A stretch of DNA of 64,000 bases from the human T2T-CHM13v2.0 reference genome, Homo sapiens: assembly GCF_009914755.1 (NCBI RefSeq), contig NC_060936.1; one strand, written 5' to 3'. Positions 17,325 through 30,088 of this stretch are shown here, piece after piece. The stretch's first letter is position 1. Each line of letters starts with the position of its first letter. The translations under genes were made by a program, and so were the position numbers. The notes below the pieces were generated by a model. It did not search any database. It was not told where the DNA came from and was given only the letters and a program-made list of their open reading frames with translations.

Positions 17325-17658
17325 TGAATTTCCCTGTCTCATCCTTCTTAACCTTTCCTTTGATGGGAAGGGAGACAGCTCATCTGTCTGGAGCGGAGAA
17401 TAGGGCCTGTGTGGTGCACACACATCTCTGGTAGAAGGCGCAAAAGTCCTCGAGGCTCTTTGGTGTGTCCAGAACTATGAACCTCACCCAGTGCCTGTAA
17501 ATTGTGTGTGTGGGCCTGGGGGCGAGCTCAGAGCACAGAGTTAACATCCTTTCTGAGAGTGCTGCAATGGGTTGTCGGCTGCTAGAAGGGGTCTGCTGTA
17601 AGCTTTGTGGGCAAACTGACCACCCTCCACCCCCATACACAGAAGAGCCCCATCCTAC

Positions 17659-17746
17659 CCTCTGCAGACGTCTGGGTCTGCGATGATTGGCCCTGGATGC
17701 AAGTAAAAGCTGTTTCTCCTTTTTGTCAGCCTGGGAATCTGAACAA
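17659..17746 (-). other. GALNT6: Probable GALNT6 non-coding 5'UTR exon (acceptor ambiguous: exon start 17746, 17738 or 17730)
   Basis: Minus-strand pyrimidine tract followed by three tandem AGs (cctcAG ttgttcAG attcccAG) and donor AGG|GTAGGA at 17658-17653. Consistent with my recollection of two non-coding leader exons. Confidence 0.55.
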
Positions 17747-18095
17747 CTGAGGAAATAGGGAAGTCGGTGACAGTCACAGTCATGAACACCCAGCAGATTC
17801 CATTTCCCCACAGCAGGAGGCAGATCCCTTCCCACCCCCAAAAGCCCCCAGGCTCTGGAGGGAATTCAACCAAGCAGGGCTCAGACCGACCTCCACCAGC
17901 GAGGCTTCTCCTTGCTGTCCCCTTCTGCTCAGGCGCAACGTGGCAGGGCAGGAGGAAACCTCTCTGCAAGAGTTGCCGTACCAGAGCACATGGGGTGGCC
18001 CGATCTGGGGAGACGGGGCACAGAAGGAATGCAGGGCATGGGTGGGTGAGGGGAAGAGGGTGTGGAGCCCTGGCTCTGGCTTGTCCCCCTCTCAC

Positions 18096-18230
18096 CCCTC
18101 CAAGTTCCAGAGGTCTGGGCTCCTCATTCATCTCGTAAGCGCCAAGGTGGAGGGGGGTCCTACCGAGGGAGGAGCTACAGGCCACCGCGACCAGCAGAGA
18201 GCGAAGGCAGGAGGGACCAGCCTGGCCCAG
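18096..18230 (-). other. GALNT6: Probable GALNT6 first (non-coding) exon; 5' end approximate
   Basis: Donor GGG|GTGAGA at 18095-18090 at the edge of the CpG island. The TSS cannot be fixed from sequence. Confidence 0.55.
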
Positions 18231-18870
18231 CCCCTTCATTTTACTGTCGGGGGTAGTGAGGAGGAAGAGGAAGAGGCGAAGGCTGGCGGAGGAGGAGGTG
18301 AGAGCGAGGACTCGGCAGAAGCGAGATCCGCCGAAGGGAAGTCCGAGCAGTCGGGGAGCTCAGGGGGGCCCTCCCGGGGAGAGGGTCGCGGGCTCCTTCT
18401 GCCGCTTACCTGTCGCGCCGAGGCAAAGCCGCAGCCGCGCCGCGGGGTGGCTCCCGGGTTTCCCCACCGGACGGCCGGGAGGGTGGGACCGGGGCGGGAC
18501 CTCCCCCAGCTGCACTAACGCGCCCGCCCCGCCCCTCCCTGGCCAGGTGCAGCGGGTCCCGCCGTGTCCCCAGCCTGCTGCGGGCCCGGGAACTCCCGGC
18601 GGACCGGCAGAGGGGCGCCCCGGCTTCTCTGCGTCTCAGCCCGCCCCGGGGGTGCGGTCTTTGCGGCCAGGCTTTCAGCGCGGAAAAAGATTGGAGGGTC
18701 CTAGTCACCCCAAAGAGGACAGGCATTAGCAGAGCCGCGGGCGGCGGGTGCATGGAACCGGAATGTGCTGCGCGCCAGCCTGGAGCGCTCGGAGCCCGGA
18801 GGCCTGCCCCGGAGGGGAAAACGCGGCGGGGCGGCCATGGGCCCCGGGGTCCTGCCCCAGGTTTGCTTCT
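18150..18870. promoter_or_regulatory. CpG island / bidirectional promoter (GALNT6 minus, SLC4A8 distal plus)
   Basis: Very high GC and CpG density, GC boxes (GGGGCGGG 18491-18498; CCCGCCCCGCCCC 18523-18535), and donors facing outward on both strands. Confidence 0.9.
18238..18297 (+). other. SLC4A8: Probable distal non-coding first exon of SLC4A8
   Basis: Inr-like TCATTTT at 18236-18242, purine-rich exon body and donor GAG|GTGAGA at 18298-18303. Consistent with my recollection of SLC4A8 transcripts starting next to GALNT6. Confidence 0.5.
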
Positions 18871-19029
18871 CATTTGTGCTCCATCCAACAAGAGCTCGTA
18901 TTCCGTGTGCCATAAACTGTGTCAAGGGCTCCAAGTGCCAGGTATCAGGTGAATCCCAGCCCCAGCAAACTTTAAACCTACTATGATTATTCCGAATGTA
19001 CCGGGGAGGCAGCTGCTCACACAGCAGAG

Positions 19030-19755
<726 letters not shown>

Positions 19756-19789
19756 TCAGTTTCTCTTTTGTTTTGATATTTAAATAAAT

Positions 19790-19957
19790 TTGTCTTTCTT
19801 TCTTTCTGTTTTCTTCCTCTTTCTGCTGCCCCGCCTCCCTCCTTTTTTCTTTTTTCTTTTTCTTACTCTCTCTGTCTCTCCTTTCTCTCTCTCTCTTTCC
19901 TTCTTTCTCTTTCTTTCCTTCTTTTTCTCTTTCTTTCTCTCTTTCTTTTCTTTTCTT
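19790..19957 (+). repeat. Polypyrimidine (CT/CTTT)-rich low-complexity tract
   Basis: ~165 bp almost exclusively C and T; expanded tail of the adjacent Alu. Confidence 0.9.
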
Positions 19958-20206
19958 GCTCTACTGCCCAGGCTGGAGTGCAGTGGAGCTATCACGGCTC
20001 ACTGCAGCCTTGACCTCCGGGTCTCAAGCTGTTCTCCTGCTTCAGCCTCCACAGATGCATGCCACCATGCCCAGCTAACTTTTTTTTGTAGAGAGGGAGT
20101 TTCGCCATGTTGCCCAGGTTGGTTTCAAACTCCTGGGCTCAAGCCATCCTGTTGCCTCGGCCTCGCAAAGTGATGGGATTAGAGGCATGAGCCACCGAGT
20201 CCAGCC
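19955..20206 (-). mobile_element. AluJ-like
   Basis: Antisense Alu with small deletions. Confidence 0.88.
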
Positions 20207-21348
20207 ATGAATTTGTATTTCTAAGACCCTAAGACCTGGGAGCAGGAGCATGAGTGAGTAGATCCTAGCAAGAAGTTCTGACACGCACTGGGAAAGGCAG
20301 GGAAGCCAGCCGGGTGTTAACAGGTGAATGAAGAAAGTAATCTTTTTTTCTAACCTGAGACTCCAAGGTAGGTTTGATCTATTCAGAAGGTGAGATGTTC
20401 TTTGATGGAGTCAGGAGAGAAGGCCAGCAGAGTGTGGAGAAGAAGAGTTGCCCAGCTACACATGATCAGAGTGACGTGAAGGATGGACATTCTCCCAGGA
20501 GTAGAAAGGGGTTCATCTGCTCACTCTTGGCATGATGCCCGACTCCCCTAACTCTAAGCAGCCTTCCACCAACTCCCTTCCTTTCACATTCCAGGCCGTG
20601 GGCTTTAAGCTCCTAGAGAGACTTTCTACAGAGCTTCCTTGAGCATCCCTTAGCCCATCTGTAGACCCTCTGGACTCTGATTCCACCTCACTGCCCCAGC
20701 TGCTTCTATTCTTGTCATGTGCCTTACTTGACAGCTGTCTTTCTCAGAATGAGGGCACTTCCTGTGGAAGATTGTGGGATGCTGCCCCTCATGTCTCTCT
20801 TCTTGGGGCTGAACACTCCCTGTACAGGTCGGACCTACCGTCTTTGTTCTGTCCTTCCTCCACCTCTGCCCTTTGACCCTCAGGGGTTGTGTGATCCTGA
20901 CGTGAGTCTTGCACCTTAGTCAGGACCCAACCTAACCTGAGGTGAATGGCCCCTATTCCTTCCCAGGACAGGGTCATGGCCATTACCCCCAGCCTGGTGC
21001 TCCTGAGAGGGCCGGGCCCAGCTTCCCAAGAAGTAGCAGCAGTCTGCGTTGTGTGTTTCGCATTCCGGAAGCAAATTACTCATCTGATTTTACTTCAGCT
21101 GACGCTGATTTTAAATGTGACTTGGAATCCTCAGAATAATTAGCTGCCTAATTTGGAGGTTCATGAGTCCGCAGGATGTGTGACCCACCCCTAATGTGTC
21201 ATGCACTGAGCTGTTCTCTCCTAACAGGAAGGACGGTGCAGGCTTCCTCTCCACCAAGCCAGGAAGGTTTGCAGATGAGCCACCACAGAATAGTGACTGC
21301 AATTTCTGCCTCCGCTGGTACAGGCAACTTTCGAAAAATGGTTTTTTA

Positions 21349-21862
21349 GGCTGGGAGTGGTGGCTCACGCCTGTAATCCCAGCACTTTGGGAGGCTGAGG
21401 TGGGAGATCACTTGAAGCCGGGACTTTGAGTTCAGCCTGATACAGCGAGACCCTGTCTCTACAAAAAATAAAAATACAACAGGCACGGGGGCCCACTTGA
21501 GGGTGGAGGGTGGGAAGAGGGAGAAGATCAAAAACTACCTAGCGGGTATTATGCTTATTACCTGGATGACAAAATCATCTGTACACCAAACCCTCGCAAC
21601 ATGCAATTTACCCATGTAACAAACCTGGACATGTACTCCTGAACCTAAAAGTTTAAAAAACATATATGATAGTGAAAAAATGAAAATAAAATTAGCTGGG
21701 TGTGTTGGCATGTGCCTGTGGTCCCAGTTACTTCGGAGGCTCAGGTGGGAGGATTGCTTGAGCCTAGGAGTTAGAGGCTGCGGCGAGCTGTGACTGCAAT
21801 GCTACATTCTAGTCTGGGCAACAGAGCAAGACCATGTCTCTGAAAAAAATAAATAAAAAAAA
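21349..21862 (+). mobile_element. AluJ split by an L1 3'-end fragment (L1PA/PB-type, ~21482-21660)
   Basis: Left arm 21349-21480, L1 3'UTR ...TGTAACAAACCTG.ACATGTAC...GAACCTAAAA, right arm 21690-21862. Confidence 0.85.
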
Positions 21863-23193
21863 AACGGGTTTCTGTAAATGAAAAAGTTATACGTAAATGA
21901 AATGGAAAATAAAAATGAAAAAGTTATATATGCACATGGTAATAAGTCAGGCACTATGAAAATGTATACAGTGAAAGCTCCATTTCCCACCTCTCTAGAC
22001 ATTGTCTCTATCTCCAGAAACCTTGGGTCCAAGGTCCCGTGCATATTCCTGACTGAAAGTTCCCATAAGCGCTTCTGCAGGACATGTCTAGATTCTGTTA
22101 ACTGCAAAGACCCAGGATGACCCCTTCTCAGGAAGTCCTATGAATTTCTTTTTTTTTTTTCTCACGATCTTATTTTTATTTCTTGGCTGTTTTAGATTCG
22201 GGTTTTGGGTGTTCTGAGTTTCACTTTTCACATGAGTGTGCATCAAGGGTGTTCCCCACCATAAGGCAGGAAACCTGGAGGGGAGCAGAACAGTGGAAGT
22301 GTGACAAAGGCAGCTCTGTGAGGCCGTTGACACCAGCCCTGGCCTTTATCTAGTCTCTTCCTTCCACACGGTCCCTGGTGAGGGGATACCCACCTCTGGT
22401 GGGGCAGAGTGAGGGAGACCTGCCCTTCAGGGGGAGGTGCTGGCTCCACTTAGCTAGGGGAGTGTGCAAGGGATGCCGTGAACTTGCCAAGGAGGTTAGA
22501 AGGGAGGCCAGCTGGTCAACCTCCCTCTGTCCTATCACTACCTCTCATCTCACCCACTCTCCTCTACCCTGAGGGAAACAACGGAGTCTCCCACTCCCTC
22601 CCTACCTCTTTGTTTCTTATCTGTGAAGTGCAGTTAATGATACCCGGGGTTGTTAATGAAGCTCAAGTGAGATAACACATGAAAGTGTGAGAGTTGGGTC
22701 TTCTAAATTACATCTGCTGCTCTACTTTCCTGCATATTCACATTTACTCCTCATCTCATTCCCATGCTCAGGAGAGAAACAGTTAAAGCGAGAAATATTT
22801 TAGGGAACCCAAGCAGAGCTGCTCCTAGTTCTGCCATAATCACTCATGCGCTACAATTCACCCATTTCTGTGTGCCTCAATTTCCTCATCTGTAAAATGG
22901 ATATGTTATTTTTATGATTGGGTTGTAAGATTAAATAAGCAAAGTGCTTAACCCAGCATCTGGTACACAATAAGCAGTCAGTTGAAATTTGGATGTTAGC
23001 CATTATAATATTAGCTGTTTTTCTTCTTTCCTTCCTCCATTCCTCCCTTCAATAAAATGCTGTTAAAGTGCTCCATGTGTTAGCCTCTATGCTAGGTCAG
23101 GTGTGGAGATACAAGGATAATAAGTCATGTCTGTCTCATCCAGACACCCATAGTTTGTCAGGGGAGCCTGATGTAAAAATGACTATGAAGGAG

Positions 23194-24240
<1,047 letters not shown>

Positions 24241-24615
24241 GATTGGGACGTGGACAAAGAACATAAAGAGAACAGAGAGGAGAATAAGAGACAGGGAGAA
24301 GGGTTGAAAGAGTCAGGTGGGATGGGGAATATATTATTTTTCCTAATGATCCAAATATCACATTTTCAATGTGCAAAATTTCAGATGCACAGAAAATCAC
24401 AAAAAAAGAAGACAAGTTATCCATAATTATGTTACCTAGAGATAACCAATGTTGCTATTTTGGTATGATATAGTCTGCTCTTTTTCTATGCATATATGAT
24501 TTATATGTACATATAAATTTCATCAATTCTAAGGTGCATTTTTAAAAATCTTTAACATATCTGAAATTGGTATGTATCTTAAATTGATGGTGTTATAACT
24601 TAGCAGTGTTGGATA

Positions 24616-24882
24616 ATGCCTGTAATCCTAGCACTTTGGGAGGCTAAGACGGGAGGATTGCTTGTGTCCAGGAGTTTGAGACCAGCCTGGGCAACATAGT
24701 GAGACCCCTGTCTCTATAAAAAGTACAAAAATTAGCCAGGCATGGTTGTGTGTGCCTATAGTCCCAGCTACTCGGGAGGAGGCTGAGGTGAGACCCAGGA
24801 GGTCTCAAACTCCTGAGCTCAAGTGATCCACCCACCTCAGCCTCCCAAAGTGCTAGGATTAAATCCGTGAGCCACTGCGTTC
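24616..24882. mobile_element. Fused inverted Alu pair (+ 24616-24800; - 24801-24882)
   Basis: Sense Alu stops within its right arm and is joined directly to an antisense left arm. Confidence 0.85.
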
Positions 24883-25485
24883 TGCTCGAGTATCCTTATT
24901 TTTACAAGTGAGAAGTTTATAAGCACAGCAGTTCCCTGTAACTGCAGTCTGAGCCCTTAGCCACTACTTTTTGCAAGTCTGTCTCTCCATTTATTCAAGT
25001 TTCTAGTTTATGATCCTCAGAAAAGTTTTCTAGTGTTCTCTCTCCTAATCTTTACAGCTCTTGTTAAAATGATTCCTTGGCATTTTATATTACCTATTTT
25101 AGGAGACTCTTGATCAGTCTTTCTTTTGTATAACCGAAGCCTCCTAATATCATACAATTAATAAGTGTTCCTCTCTTGGGGTTGTCAAACTGTAACTATG
25201 GACTTTCTACTTAAATCACACAAGATCATCTCCTTAAAAGCAATCAAGTGCCCAAGATCTGTCCTTTCACAGTAGAGAAATTTCACAACTGCAATGAATA
25301 AAACATCCAAATGCTTGTAAGATTTTGCTGTGAGAGCTTTTTCTGCTCAAAATTATGATTTCTTATTTAATATCTCTCTTTAAAAGAAGAAACATATGCA
25401 CATTTAACCTTCTGAAATCTTAATTGGATTTCAATCTGACAGTTGTTTTGCCCAAAGAGAGGTAATAAAAGGGGCTATAAACTAA

Positions 25486-25877
<392 letters not shown>

Positions 25878-26514
25878 TAGACATTTGAAAAATCACAAAT
25901 TTCATTAGGATTGAAGTCTATCTGATATTAATATTACTTTGGATTGTAAGTAAAGGAGAGGTGATAGAATAACTCATTGGTAGATGAGTCCAGATGTTTA
26001 ATGTCCTCTTAATATCCTAAAATGTTTGCCTCATTGTTTATTAATTCCCGTGGAATCTTATTTACTTATTTTCAATAGGTGATATGTGCATATGGCAAAA
26101 AAAATCTAAAGCTCAAAAGTATAGTGAAGAGGGAGTCTCCCTCCTTCTCCCATCTGCAGTCACCTAGTTTTCCTCCCCAAAGGCAGCCACTGTTACTGAT
26201 TTCTTTTGATTCTTTCTAGAAACATAGTTCAGAGGAGTCACCCTGATTTTGGCAAGTACCTTAAATAGCAGCTTCTTAATTTTTTTTTTATTACATTGCC
26301 CATAATGGTTAAAGTTATTTTAAAAGTAGTCCTCTTACTGAGCTCTCTTTGTGGCTCTGATAGATTTCCAGAGGATTCTCTTGATTTTCTAGGTAGACGG
26401 ACATATCAGCAGCATTCAATTTTGGCAAAGTGAAAACAGTTTTGGAGTGAGACCTGGGTTGAATCCTGACTCTTCCAGCTGTCTGATCTTAAATCTAGCC
26501 TTTAAAACATGTTG

Positions 26515-26988
<474 letters not shown>

Positions 26989-27536
26989 CTAACCACCCAG
27001 AGATCAGGAGGAAAGACTGCAAAGGAAGCCCTAAAGTAGAATAACCTTTTCTTTCTCCATGAATGGAATGTGAGTTATGTTTGCTGAGGGCAGATTAAAA
27101 TAGATTTTATTGTTTGAAATCAGGAATTTACAGAAACTCTTTGAAGAGCTACTATCATCGAAGACCTTTAAATCCCCCACTGTGGTAGTGGGCAAAATAG
27201 TCACGTACAATTGTAATGTGTATAGATGTGTATAGGTTTTCTCAGAGTTGGGACCCACTGCCAGGCAGGGAGTTGGTGGTATTTGATGCTGTTGTTTGGG
27301 GAGGAGTGGTACTAAGAAAAAAAACCATGGTTAGTGAGGAAAAAACAAAAAACACAAAACACACTCTCAGTTGCCCATAGAGTTATATCAGTTTGATGGG
27401 ATACCCTAGAACACCTCAGGGGTCTGTGAATCCTTTAACCACTCAATGGAAAAGGTGACTGGGGTATAGATTGTCTAGTTTGTTTATATGACATAACTTT
27501 TTTCCAACGGTACTTGAGAGGAGTGTGAATGAACTC

Positions 27537-27540
<4 letters not shown>

Positions 27541-27601
<61 letters not shown>

Positions 27602-27690
27602 TATATAAACATATATGTTTATATACGTATATAAACATATATGTTTATATACGTATATAAACATATATATGTATATACATATATATATAT
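27541..27690. repeat. Compound (AT)22-(AC)8 microsatellite plus 26-bp palindromic minisatellite
   Basis: Read directly; unit TATATAAACATATATGTTTATATACG present about 2.6 times from 27602. Confidence 0.95.
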
Positions 27691-28866
27691 TTTTAAACAG
27701 GGTCTCACTCTGTTGCCCAGGCTGGAGTGCAGTGGCACCGTCACGGTGAAACGGGAAAGGTTCCCTTGTCCCCCTCACAGGGAGTGCAACAAGGGGAGTG
27801 GCTCGCTTCTTTAGGGCCCGGCTGCTGAAATCTCTATGGAACATACAGATGGGCAGGTTGTGGGGTTCAGATCCCACGGCAGCGTCTACCTTTGGACAGT
27901 GCCAACATGTTTTTCTTTTGTTTGTTTGAGACGGAGCGTTCCTCTGTCGCCAGTTAGTGTTTACAGCTCCTAGCCCCAGTGGGCGTGTGCTACCGTGTGC
28001 TCTTTTAATTTTGCCGTCTGTAGGCGGCTGTGCTAACCAGCTGGATTAGACCCTCTGCCTTATCGCGAGGTTTTCTGTATCCCGGGTTCTTGCCTTGGTG
28101 TACCGGAAAAATCAGATCATATGTGGGCTTGGAGAATGAGTGCAAGGTTTTATTGATTTTAAGTAGCTCTCAGTAGATAGGGGAGCCAGAAGGGAGATGG
28201 AGTGGAAAGGTGGTTTTCCCCTGAGTTGGGCCGCTCAGCAGCTGGGCTCTCCTCTGACTGCCCCAGGCAAACTCTATGTCTTTCCGTGGGCCGATGGCGT
28301 GCCAGCGTGCTGGCATCTGCCACTGCATGTTGGTATGCTCTTCCACCAGTGTATTCCTCTCGATGTCCAGCTGCCTGTGCGTTCCTCTACTGATCTGTTC
28401 CTCTTGACGTCCAGCCGCTTGTGTCTCTGCCCGCTCGGGTCTCGGGGTTTTTATAGGCACAGGATAGGACTGTGGTGGGCCACGGTGGTCTTGGGAAATG
28501 CAACGTTTGGGCATGAAAACAGAAATGCCTGTCCTCACCTAGGTCCCTGGGCACAGGCCTGGGGGTGCAGCCCTAGCCAGGGACCACCCCCTTCCCTTCC
28601 CAGCACTTCCCTGCCCCACTCCCATATCAACTCTTCAATGCAGCCCCAGCCTCCCCAGGCTCAAGCAATCCTCCCACCTCAGCCCCCTGAGTAGCTGGGA
28701 GTACAGACATGTGCAACCACACCCAGCTAATTTTTCTATTTTTTTTTGTAGAGATGGGATCTCCCTATGTTGCCCAGGCTGGTCTCAAACATCTGAGCTT
28801 AAGTGATCCTCCTCCTTCAGCCTCCCAAAGTGCTGGAATTACAGGCATGAGCCACAGTGTCTGGCC
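27691..28866 (-). mobile_element. AluJ split by an LTR (Alu parts 27691-27746 and 28630-28866)
   Basis: Alu consensus breaks at ...GTCACGG and resumes at ...TGCAGCC...CTCAAGCAATCCTCCC. Confidence 0.85.
27747..28629 (-). mobile_element. ERV1 solo LTR (LTR1/LTR27/LTR28/MER52 group)
   Basis: TG...CA termini; minus-strand TATA (CCTATAAAA ~28449-28457) and AATAAA (~28149-28154); family recalled from GGACCTAGGTGAGGACAGGCATTTC and GGGAACCTTTCCCGTTTCA. Confidence 0.8.
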
Positions 28867-29225
28867 CCTTCATATCTTAACCACCAGGAGAAACAGACCT
28901 GAAGTGATGCCTTGATATATGTGTGTTATGCAAGACTAGAGTAAGATTTGACAGGCATATATGGTTACAACAGGGGGTGAGCTCAGACTTTGAAAAGATA
29001 TTGGCTTCACTCCCTAATCATCAAGACTTGGAATATCCTGGGATTCAGCTGTTGTTGAAGGGAAACCATTCCAGGTTTGCCAAACAATTGAGTGACTTAA
29101 GGGGTGCAAAGCTAGAATGCTTCAAGAATAGAGGGAGAAGAAGCCCTGCTGTGCTGATGGGCTCTCTATGGTGTTATCCTGTCCTGGCATTTGCTACCCC
29201 GATAAACTCACAGGTGCTAAATTTA

Positions 29226-29535
<310 letters not shown>

Positions 29536-29809
29536 GAAAGCTAAAGTGGTCAGGGTAGTTGACTCCTAGGCATTTATTTGTCCCTTTGCAATTAATCTAA
29601 GCACCATATGGTGATTCCACTCTCCTTGCCAGTGATGGGGAAAGACGGGTGTCTTCTGGGGGTGCTTGTCACTTATCCTGTTCTTCACAGCGTTATCCCA
29701 TGGCCAGATGCTATGGGAGAGGCATGTCTCAGTATGGGACTGGGGGTCCCTGATAGAATCCCCCCCAGTGAAAGGAGAGACTCTGAGAATGACTGCATGA
29801 AGTCCCCCA

Positions 29810-29965
29810 GTTAGCTGGCAGTTCTGTAGTCATGGGTAAGTTGTTTAGCCTGTTTTCATTTTTTTTTAAAGGACAATTATATAGAGTCTGTTGTGAAATT
29901 TAGATTAGGTAATAGGTATAAACTGCTCAGAACAGTGCTCAGAACATAATAAATGCTCTATGTTC
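29810..29965. mobile_element. Diverged MIR
   Basis: GGGTAAGTTGTTTAGCCTGTTTTCAT...TTGTGAAATTTAGA...AGAACAGTGC...ATAAATGCTC. Confidence 0.55.
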
Positions 29966-30088
29966 AACAAGAACAACAGCAACAAACTCAGAAGCACTCC
30001 TCGCTACCGCCGGGGAGACCCAGGATACCTAAACTTTACTGAGTTGGGGCCACTCAAGCCTGAACAGAAGGATCAGTGGAGCCAACAT
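29960..30088 (+). CDS. SLC4A8: Probable alternative first coding exon of SLC4A8 (43 codons, MFNKNNSNKLRSTPRYRRGDPGYLNFTELGPLKPEQKDQWSQH)
   Basis: 129 nt from ATG to a consensus donor CAT|GTGAGT, phase 0 like the main first exon. The peptide resembles an alternative NDCBE N-terminus I recall. The Kozak context is weak. Confidence 0.6.

Noticed and set aside
17982-18004. 23-nt minus-strand micro-exon (ccccAG| ... |GTACGG)
   Set aside because: Acceptor is plausible but the donor is weak and the exon very short; unsupported without transcript data.
27602-27668. CRISPR-like palindromic repeats
   Set aside because: No unique spacers, no cas genes, eukaryotic context; it is a microsatellite-derived minisatellite.
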